Assembly (NCBI GenBank): GCA_000503835.1
Contig: CP006914.1
Location: 239,341-303,340 of the forward strand
Source: a candidate division WWE3 bacterium RAAC2_WWE3_1
Lineage (GTDB): Bacteria > Patescibacteriota > WWE3 > UBA101185 > UBA10185
Length of the DNA stretch: 64,000 bases
Direction: 5' to 3'
Shown here: piece by piece, positions 56,769 through 64,000 of the stretch
Layout: each line of letters starts with the position of its first letter
Position numbering within the stretch: position 1 is the first letter of the stretch
Position numbers and translations under genes: made by a program
Notes under the pieces: generated by a model
Databases searched by the model: none
Told to the model about the DNA's origin: nothing
The model's input: the letters and a program-made list of their open reading frames with translations, nothing else

Positions 56769-56921
56769 TGAAAAATTTAAGGCTGCCGTAAGGTAGCCGT
56801 AATTTTTTGTAGATGAGGTGGGATGAGAATGCCGGACTGAGCGAAGGCGAAGGAGGCGGGGTCGACGGAATTCTCAGCAGAGAATTACCGGTGACCGAAT
56901 CCCTCCGTCCTCACCATGAAA
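56749..56921 (+). repeat. Duplication of the tRNA-Lys 3' end bracketing a ~150-bp structured insert
   Basis: AATCCCACCGTCCTCACCATGAAA (56749-56772) versus AATCCCTCCGTCCTCACCATGAAA (56898-56921). Confidence 0.85.
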
Positions 56922-57017
56922 TTTTCCTGTACCACAAAAAATGTGAAGATTAGGAAGCTTGGATCTCGCCCTTCCTATTGATAAACGGTCAAATACTATA
57001 TAATCAGATTATAGAGA

Positions 57018-57102
57018 GCCAGAGTGGCGAAATTGGCAGACGCGCAGTCTTCAGAAGGCTGTATCGCAAGGTGTGTGGGTTCGAGTCCCACCTCTGGCAC
57101 CA
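57018..57102 (+). tRNA. tRNA-Leu(CAG)
   Basis: CAGTC-TT-CAG-AA-GGCTG; long variable arm; CCA end. Confidence 0.95.
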
Positions 57103-57122
57103 GTATTTGATTAATTTTTAAA

Positions 57123-57581
57123 ATGAAAAATATAAAAATTGCCTTGGTGGTTACACTGGCTTTTGGCGCTTTATTTATTTCCTTCTACAATTTCTTCTAC
57201 TTAAGGAATCTTGAGAACAGATTAAGAGGCATCGAAAACAACCTGACAGGTAAAAGTTTGGAAGCAATCGATAACGTAGCCCCCGTAGAAAATCCGGTGG
57301 CTTTAGAGACCTTTGTAGGAACACTCAAAAAAGAGCCGATTCCGAAAGAGCTGGATTTGGGAGATTACTGGTACATTATCTATTTTGATGAACCGTACTT
57401 TCTTGAACTGAATGCCCGCGGCGTGCCCATGGACGTAAACAGACTCGAAGTCTACCCTCCGGAGCGTGAAGAGCAGGGAATGGATGCTTTTGACGGACAG
57501 CATGTGGAGATTAAGGGCAGTCTAACCTGGGGTTACGCCGAATCAAGAGTTATTCAGGCAGAAGAAATGGTGCTTAAATAG
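57123..57581 (+). CDS. Membrane-anchored hypothetical protein
   Basis: N-terminal TM; 152 aa; lies between two tRNA-Leu genes. Confidence 0.75.
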   Translation: MKNIKIALVVTLAFGALFISFYNFFYLRNLENRLRGIENNLTGKSLEAIDNVAPVENPVALETFVGTLKKEPIPKELDLGDYWYIIYFDEPYFLELNARGVPMDVNRLEVYPPEREEQGMDAFDGQHVEIKGSLTWGYAESRVIQAEEMVLK

Positions 57582-57634
57582 GAGTTTAATCTAGTGCTTA
57601 AATAAGGACTATTCTGGTATAATTCCTCTTGTTT

Positions 57635-57721
57635 GGGCGAGTGGCGGAATTGGTATACGCGCAACGTTGAGGTCGTTGTCGGGTAAAACCGGTGCAGGTT
57701 CAAGTCCTGTCTCGCCCACCA
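57635..57721 (+). tRNA. tRNA-Leu(GAG)
   Basis: CAACG-TT-GAG-GT-CGTTG; long variable arm; CCA end. Confidence 0.95.
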
Positions 57722-57764
57722 TTATAAAAAGCAGGCCGGCTTAAATCGTTATTTAATAATATAT

Positions 57765-59429
57765 ATGAGGTCACTACGCAAAATTTCTATCCTGCTTATT
57801 AGTTTTTCCATTTTTTTCACAGCCCGTGCGTCTGCCGAAGAATTAATCCGGTCTTTACAACTCGATTCTGTCGTAAATGAAGACGGGACCGTAAGTATCA
57901 CGGAAACCATTCTGTACGATTTTGGCAACGAACAGCGTCACGGAATTTTTAGATATATTCCCTACAAAAAGGTAAATCAGGACGAAAAGTCCTATGTTTT
58001 AGATATAAAAGTCGAAAAAATTACAGATGGAAAAGGAAACGACTATAAATACACCGAGACTAAATCCGGAAACGACTTAATGATAAAGATAGGTGACCCT
58101 AATAAAATTCTATCCGGTCAGCATATATATGTTATCTCATACGTAATCAGAGGAGGTCTGACTTACTTTGAGACCTACGATGAATTTTACTGGAATGGCG
58201 TAGGAAGCGGCTGGAAAATACCGATAAATTTTGTAACGGCCACTGTTAGTTTTAATCGGAATTTTGTAGAAGGAGAGTTGGACGGAGTATGTTACACAGG
58301 TCCGGTAGGAAGCACTGATAAATCTTGTACGATAAATAGGTTACAAAAAGGTATTACCTTTGCTGTTAGCCGTGTTAATCCGGGAGAGGCCTTTACTTTT
58401 GCAGTTAAATTTCCGAAAGGCTATGCGGCAGTATTAGAACCCATACAAGACAATCCTTCCATCATCCAATTGATTTTAATAGCTTTGGCGGGCATTGTGG
58501 CGGCTTGTTTTTACGTCTTTTTGCCGATTTTATTGCTAATTAAATGGTTGCGGGAGAAAAAGCACATTCAGGAGACGGCAAGGATTGTGGCCGCGTGGTT
58601 TTCTCCTCCCAAAACCTCTGATGGTGAATCCTTAACGCCTGTAGAAACAGCGATAACAGCAGATGTAACTGCCGGGGATAAGGCAGTCCCTGCTACTATA
58701 ATTTCTTTGGCTCAACGGGGTTATCTAAAAATTACACAAAAAGAAAGCAGAGAGTTCGTTTTTTCAAAGACCGAAAAGACAGGAGACGGTTTATTTAGAA
58801 AGTATGAAAATGATATTTATAACGCTATGTTTTCTGGTGACATTTTCGAAATATCTACAAAGGAATTGAGTAAAAAAGAGAGGTTCGGTGCGGCAGGAAC
58901 TTCGGTCGCAAATAATGCAGGAGATTATCTGAAAAAGAAAGGCGTTTTCAAATCCAATCCTGTGAATACGTCGATGGCATATTTGACTTTGGCAATAATG
59001 TCCTTTTTTGTGGGAAATGTGTTTTTAGCTGTGGTGTCCTTTATATTAGGAAGAAAAAGTCCGAGAAGACCCGATTCGGGAATTCAAACCTACTCTGAGG
59101 CGGTTTCTTTGAAGAACTTTTTAGTTAGTCAGGACCCGCAGTTTGATTTTCAGGCTCAGGAAATGATGTTCTTTGAGAGGCTTTTACCTTACGCAACTGC
59201 CTTTGGGGTGGAGGATGTCTGGCTCAAGCGGTTTAAAGATCTATATAGCACTAATCCTGAATGGTATCAGGGCGACGACTTTACCAGACTGGCCGTAATG
59301 AACACTGTAGTAAACAACTCGTTTCACAGCGCCAGTGCATCATCCAGGAGCTCTTCGGGCTTTAGCAGTGGATTTTCAGGTGGTTCGAGCGGTGGGGGTG
59401 GGGGCGGAGGCGGTGGAGGTAGCTGGTAA
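57765..59429 (+). CDS. DUF2207 membrane protein
   Basis: V.ETI.YDF....HGIFR.IP, EFYWN.VG.GW, ERLLPYATAFGV, GGSSGGGGGGGGGGSW. Confidence 0.92.
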   Translation: MRSLRKISILLISFSIFFTARASAEELIRSLQLDSVVNEDGTVSITETILYDFGNEQRHGIFRYIPYKKVNQDEKSYVLDIKVEKITDGKGNDYKYTETKSGNDLMIKIGDPNKILSGQHIYVISYVIRGGLTYFETYDEFYWNGVGSGWKIPINFVTATVSFNRNFVEGELDGVCYTGPVGSTDKSCTINRLQKGITFAVSRVNPGEAFTFAVKFPKGYAAVLEPIQDNPSIIQLILIALAGIVAACFYVFLPILLLIKWLREKKHIQETARIVAAWFSPPKTSDGESLTPVETAITADVTAGDKAVPATIISLAQRGYLKITQKESREFVFSKTEKTGDGLFRKYENDIYNAMFSGDIFEISTKELSKKERFGAAGTSVANNAGDYLKKKGVFKSNPVNTSMAYLTLAIMSFFVGNVFLAVVSFILGRKSPRRPDSGIQTYSEAVSLKNFLVSQDPQFDFQAQEMMFFERLLPYATAFGVEDVWLKRFKDLYSTNPEWYQGDDFTRLAVMNTVVNNSFHSASASSRSSSGFSSGFSGGSSGGGGGGGGGGSW

Positions 59430-59498
59430 CCAGTTAGTGCCGCCGTTTAGGCCGTAGTTGTTGATTTTTAGACACCCTCCTTTATAATAACGTTGCAC

Positions 59499-59574
<76 letters not shown>

Positions 59575-59597
59575 GAAAATTTGTTAGTTGCCCACGT

Positions 59598-59673
59598 GGG
59601 GCGGTAGCCAAGTTGGTCAAGGCACCGGTCTGAAAAACCGGCTATGTGGGTTCGATCCCCACCCTCCCCACCA
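59598..59673 (+). tRNA. tRNA-Phe(GAA)
   Basis: CCGGT-CT-GAA-AA-ACCGG; CCA end; one C-U mismatch in the acceptor stem. Confidence 0.92.
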
Positions 59674-59708
59674 AATATAGACGATAGTCTCTTTTTATTA
59701 ATCTAGTT

Positions 59709-60407
59709 GTGAATTTTCGACCATTAAACTTATCAATAAACGCCAATTCGAAAGTTTTGTTTATATATCCTCACCCTGACGATGAAACTTATGCTAATGG
59801 AGCTTTAATTCAAAGACTGACTATGAATAAGGTTAGTACTAAATGCGTCTGTCTAACGAAAGGCGGTGCATCTACATTACAGTATGGTATTGTGGGTAAT
59901 AATCTTGAGGAGATAAGACAAAAGGAGTTCATTTCTGTAATGAAATATCTAAATGTTTCAGATTACGAAATATTGGACCTTGAGGACAACAATCTTACCC
60001 AAAATACTAACCTGGCAGAGATAATTAAAGCCCAAATTAGTAGCTATAGTCCAACACACGTAATAACCTACGAGCCGATGGGAATTTATGGACATAAGGA
60101 CCACATTATAGTTTCAAAAGCGGTGTTTGACCTACAAAAAGACTATAAATTTGTACTCCTTTACTCGACTGTTTCTCCAAATTATAAACCGGATAAAGAC
60201 TCTTTAGCTATGGCAGAAAATCCTGAAAATATAAAACCTATAAAAAGAAATTTGGTTTTATACTTAACACCTGTGGAAATTATCGAAAAGTTAAAGGCTT
60301 TAAGTCTCTATAAGAGTCAAGTGAGCATTAAACATAACTTTATTCATAATTTAGTTCATGTGGTTTATCTAGCAAGAGAGTATTATTATAAAAAGGATTT
60401 AGTTTGA
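59709..60407 (+). CDS. PIG-L/LmbE family deacetylase
   Basis: PHPDDE, LTKGG, R..E, YGHKDH, Y.SQ. Confidence 0.9.
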   Translation: MNFRPLNLSINANSKVLFIYPHPDDETYANGALIQRLTMNKVSTKCVCLTKGGASTLQYGIVGNNLEEIRQKEFISVMKYLNVSDYEILDLEDNNLTQNTNLAEIIKAQISSYSPTHVITYEPMGIYGHKDHIIVSKAVFDLQKDYKFVLLYSTVSPNYKPDKDSLAMAENPENIKPIKRNLVLYLTPVEIIEKLKALSLYKSQVSIKHNFIHNLVHVVYLAREYYYKKDLV

Positions 60408-60525
60408 GGCAAAGATGTTGTGAGTGGACAAACTTGAGCCTGTTAAAAGTTCGCAACATCGTACAAGATAGTCCACCGTGGTTAAGCTTCTTTCACCCAC
60501 CGTTAAAAAAGAATAAAATATACAC

Positions 60526-61332
60526 ATGAGAAACAACTCACTAATGATAATATTTGGTGCCTTTTTGCTCGTAATTATAGGTGGAGGTCTATTCGCAATT
60601 TTGACTAAAGAAGGTGGTGGAACCGCAGTAAGCACTAATACAGTGGCCGACAAGGTAACCCGGCCTCAAATAACCGGCACACAGGAAACTCAAGTTGAGG
60701 ACAACCTTGTACCTGATGGCTGGAAATCTTATTCAAACGCGGACCTTAAGTTCTCGATAAACTATCCAAAAAATGTGTTCGTACAACAGGGTTCCTGCGA
60801 AAAAATCACTGAAGGAAGTGAAACGTCGTACAGGCCCAAACCCGCGGCGATACCTGTAAAAATATTTGAGGACGCCGACGGTATATTTATCGCCCCCGAA
60901 TATGTATACGAACTAACAGAACCTAAAACGCTTAACAACGTCACTTACTTCGGAGGATGCCGAAAAAAACCCAACACCTTAAGCGAACTTAAAACCACAC
61001 AAAAATCGTGGCACGTACTGGCAAAAACCGTCCCCGCCAAAGATGACCTTGAAAAATTTGTTAAGACACAGTTCGGCGCAGGTTGCTCAGTCGGAACTAT
61101 GACCAGCACCGCCGCGAACAACAAAGTGTACGACGTGAAAATCGAGGGAGACGGCTTGGAAATGCCTGAGACACTTTGTGGAATAAATTATATTTATGTT
61201 CTAAAGTACGTACCCGAAGCAAAAATGGTTTACACATACAATCTTGGCCAGGCATACAGCTTCTCAAAAGATCCGGGAGGATCCGAATATTACGATGAGG
61301 AAATGAACCAAAGTTTCCATCCTATATTCTAA
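60526..61332 (+). CDS. Membrane-anchored PsbP-like surface protein
   Basis: TM followed by WKSYSN.DLKFSINYP; ends M.QSF. Confidence 0.7.
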   Translation: MRNNSLMIIFGAFLLVIIGGGLFAILTKEGGGTAVSTNTVADKVTRPQITGTQETQVEDNLVPDGWKSYSNADLKFSINYPKNVFVQQGSCEKITEGSETSYRPKPAAIPVKIFEDADGIFIAPEYVYELTEPKTLNNVTYFGGCRKKPNTLSELKTTQKSWHVLAKTVPAKDDLEKFVKTQFGAGCSVGTMTSTAANNKVYDVKIEGDGLEMPETLCGINYIYVLKYVPEAKMVYTYNLGQAYSFSKDPGGSEYYDEEMNQSFHPIF

Positions 61333-61372
61333 AAATACGTAATCCTCTGCCCACGGTATAATAGATAACGTT

Positions 61373-62758
61373 ATGTTTATCAGTAAAGACACGTTCTCTA
61401 AATTAAGTAATAGTTTTCACATGCCCCTACACGTCCTTGTCGGAGCTGTTTTGGGCTACTTGTTCTGGTATTTTCAGCCGGGGTTCGGTCTTTTACCGTC
61501 ATTATTATTAGGCGCCATTGGAGCCGTTATACCCGACGCCGACCATCTTTTTTATATCTACACGTACGGACACAAAACTGACTACGCCAAAAATCTCAGA
61601 TATTTTCTTAGGAATAAAGAATTGCGCGAGTTTCAAAGATTTGCCATAGAAAACCACAAGTTTAACACCGGCATTTACTCCCATAACCTGGTAACAGTTT
61701 TAATGGCCGTAATTTTTTTCTCATACTTCGCTTTAATTCAGGAAAATTACGGGGCGTCCATCTTTACTCTCGGAATGATTTCTCACTACTCTTACGATAT
61801 TTTCGAAGACTGGTTGCTTTTAGGCAGAATAAATCCTAACTGGTTCTTGTTATTTAAACGCGAAAAGATAAATACTCCGGTGTTTCTAAAAAAAGTGTTT
61901 CTTTTTGCCAAGCTGATTCGCTTTTTCCCGAACATTTTAAGTTCGTTTCCGTTGGTTTACGGATACTTTCTTGCAAATGATTTTAATCTCACACTAAAAG
62001 AAATAGGTTTTATTTTCTTAGCGACTTTCTTGTTTAGTCCGGTTTTTTACGGAGCAATTTATATTATGGATGACGTCCGCGACCTGGAGTCGGACAGGAA
62101 GCATCCTGTTAAAAGCCACGGGAGAGCTGTAGCTTCGGGAGAAATATCGGTAGCGGGTGCGCGTAGGATCCTTAAAATACTTCTTTTCTTTTCCTTCGTA
62201 TTTTCCTTGCTCTTATCCGACATCTTATTTTTATCTTTAACGGCGTTTTTGGTCATAAATTTACTTTATCTTTTTTTCTTAAGAAAAATTCCTGTTTCGG
62301 ACATTTTGATGACTACTGTTCTTCACTCCATGAAACTAATGACGGGTTTGGTACTGGCTTCGGCGTCCCCCTTAAATTTTCCCGCTATTATTATCACAGA
62401 TATACTGGCGTATTTAAGCATTGCCGCCGGTAAAAAGGTACGGGAACATAAAGAAGGCTACGCGCAAAACATGCTGGACACAAACTATGCCGATTATTTA
62501 ACTATTTTCCAATATCTGGTCTACGTTTTGTCTATTACCTATCTTTTTAGAACTTTCGAAGAACCCGGATTGTTTTACAGAATTGTTGTAATGGTCGTGG
62601 CTTTGTCGATGACGGTTTTGTACAAACCCAAAACCGCAATGAGATCCCTGGTGGATTTTTTGAGTTACGGAGACGACAGGGAAGGAACATTTACGCGGGT
62701 GTTTAATATAAAACTTTGGAAGAGGGCACCTAGACCGGCAGGACCGAAATCTCAATAA
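61373..62758 (+). CDS. Fusion of metal-dependent membrane hydrolase (YdjM/YbcI-like) and UbiA-family prenyl/phosphoribosyltransferase
   Basis: N-half: LH, IPDADH, SHN, SHY..D; C-half: YIMDDVRDLESDRKHPVK..RAVASGEIS. Confidence 0.8.
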   Translation: MFISKDTFSKLSNSFHMPLHVLVGAVLGYLFWYFQPGFGLLPSLLLGAIGAVIPDADHLFYIYTYGHKTDYAKNLRYFLRNKELREFQRFAIENHKFNTGIYSHNLVTVLMAVIFFSYFALIQENYGASIFTLGMISHYSYDIFEDWLLLGRINPNWFLLFKREKINTPVFLKKVFLFAKLIRFFPNILSSFPLVYGYFLANDFNLTLKEIGFIFLATFLFSPVFYGAIYIMDDVRDLESDRKHPVKSHGRAVASGEISVAGARRILKILLFFSFVFSLLLSDILFLSLTAFLVINLLYLFFLRKIPVSDILMTTVLHSMKLMTGLVLASASPLNFPAIIITDILAYLSIAAGKKVREHKEGYAQNMLDTNYADYLTIFQYLVYVLSITYLFRTFEEPGLFYRIVVMVVALSMTVLYKPKTAMRSLVDFLSYGDDREGTFTRVFNIKLWKRAPRPAGPKSQ

Positions 62759-63032
62759 TCTTTTCCCGGTCGTCATTTTCAGAGGTTCTATTATGTTTAG
62801 TCTCGCCGCACCTTTCACATTTGTGAACTATAAAGAACTCTCCGCGTTTTTTTACTATTCCCACAGGGCGCATCATGCCTTTGCAGAGGTTTGCACGGTC
62901 GCCCGGCATTATATCGATGTGTTCGCTGTAAAGACACTTCGGACAGTGGTTTGTATATCCGGTTCCGATAACAAAAGTTCCGCAATTGCGACATTTAAAA
63001 TCCTCTGTTTTCCTGGTAAAAGATAAAGACAT
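62730..63032 (-). CDS. RNHCP domain protein
   Basis: F.C.NCG, YTNHCPKCLYSEH.D..PGDRA..C.G.M, HKCERCG. Confidence 0.92.
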   Translation of the reverse strand: MSLSFTRKTEDFKCRNCGTFVIGTGYTNHCPKCLYSEHIDIMPGDRANLCKGMMRPVGIVKKRGEFFIVHKCERCGETKHNRTSENDDREKIIEISVLPV

Positions 63033-63034
63033 AA

Positions 63035-64000
63035 CTAGTTCATCAAAATATTAACAAACTCACCCGTCATTTTAGCGGCGTTCAAAAAGTTCTCGTAAGG
63101 CGCACGTTGGCTCATGAGACATACAATTAATTCTGATTCATTTGCATCCGTATATACAACACCGCAGTCGTGCCAGGAATCAGGCCAGCTGCCGATTTTA
63201 TGGGAAAAGGTTAAACCGTCCTTAAGGTAAGCGCTTACCCTGTCCTCGAATGATGTGTTTGTCATCAGGTCAGATAGATATTTTTTGTTGGCATCGTTCA
63301 AGTAGTTACCGAAGTAAAGTTTTTCAAAAACATAACCGATCTCGGCCGGCGTACTTAGGTTGTATCTATAGTAAGTGCTGGTGTTTTTGTCGGGAACAAT
63401 CTCGTTGAAAGTTTCCTGCACGTTTTTGTAACTTAAGGTCCTTAACAAAATATTCTGAGCAGTGTTATCACTGTTTTTTAATAGTTCGGACAGGATGTCA
63501 CTTATTTTTAGTTGAATTCCGTGAGAATAGGTCCCTATCACACCTGTACCTGAAGAGTAATCGTAAGGAAGGTATGTGGCGGTGTCGTCGAGTTTTAATT
63601 TTCCTGCCTCAACTTCTTTTAGTACTGCCGCACCGATAGGAACTTTATAAAGTGAGGCGGCGTAGAACTCTGTAGCGTCGTTATACTTGAATTCCCTCCC
63701 TGACCCGACGTCTTTTATGTAAAGTCCGTAAACGCCGGGCTCGATGGTCAATTTTTTCGCAAGCTCGGCAAATTGAGTCTCTACTTTGGTAAAGGTAACC
63801 TCGTCCTGAATAACAGGCTTGACGCTGATTCGGCCGCCGTTGTTACGCTGATAAACGACCTCCTGAATAAAGTTTCTTCCGAAAAGCTTTATGTTGAACT
63901 TGTCGCTCAGAACCAGGACAAAAAGCGTTGCAGCCGCCAAAACGGGTAAGAATATTAAGAGAAAATCGGTATCTCTGTTGTTTCCGCGCGGTCTTTGAGC
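63035..64000 (-). CDS. Class A beta-lactamase-like serine hydrolase (5' end outside the window)
   Basis: AASLYK (SxxK), SDN, HKIG; frame stays open to the window edge. Confidence 0.88.
   Translation of the reverse strand, partial: AQRPRGNNRDTDFLLIFLPVLAAATLFVLVLSDKFNIKLFGRNFIQEVVYQRNNGGRISVKPVIQDEVTFTKVETQFAELAKKLTIEPGVYGLYIKDVGSGREFKYNDATEFYAASLYKVPIGAAVLKEVEAGKLKLDDTATYLPYDYSSGTGVIGTYSHGIQLKISDILSELLKNSDNTAQNILLRTLSYKNVQETFNEIVPDKNTSTYYRYNLSTPAEIGYVFEKLYFGNYLNDANKKYLSDLMTNTSFEDRVSAYLKDGLTFSHKIGSWPDSWHDCGVVYTDANESELIVCLMSQRAPYENFLNAAKMTGEFVNILMN

Noticed and set aside
57570-57609. Short direct repeat GTGCTTAAATA between a gene end and tRNA-Leu(GAG)
   Set aside because: Only 11 bp identical, two copies, no associated element.
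59598-59673. tRNA-Phe as a pseudogene because of the C-U acceptor mismatch
   Set aside because: All other arms, conserved bases and the CCA end are intact; a single mismatch is tolerated.

Overview
Bacterial chromosomal window, standard genetic code (TGA used as stop). Gene content and style (giant LamG surface protein, pilin-like N-termini, PsbP-like and DUF2207 proteins, many -10 boxes directly ahead of start codons) suggest a Patescibacteria/CPR organism, possibly WWE3 or Microgenomates-like; this is an inference. Positions 1-9.1 kb are an accessory island: membrane proteins, a VirB4/HerA-like ATPase, a lytic-transglycosylase/M23 enzyme and a highly divergent Rho homolog. Each of its four transcription units is preceded by the same RNA leader architecture (hairpin, boxA-like GCACTTTRAMAA, long stem-loop ending AATAA(A)G, strong SD). 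Next come a 2774-aa LamG/propeller surface protein, a Phd/VapC toxin-antitoxin pair, tRNA-Glu and an OppA-like protein. An integrase-less tandem array of three single-gene cassettes sits at the 3' end of tRNA-His, separated by spacing-conserved att-like repeats. The rest is mostly housekeeping (cspA, DEAD-box helicase, typA, dinB, rarA, map, leuS, rpmG, Rel, tgt, rsmI, HelD-like, dgkA, MacAB-like, tmk). There are eight tRNAs in total, two carrying small downstream elements that duplicate the tRNA 3' end. The two strongest candidates for undescribed systems are the tRNA-His cassette array and the boxA-leader/Rho/secretion-like island. All structures and motifs were read by eye; no folding or database searches were run.
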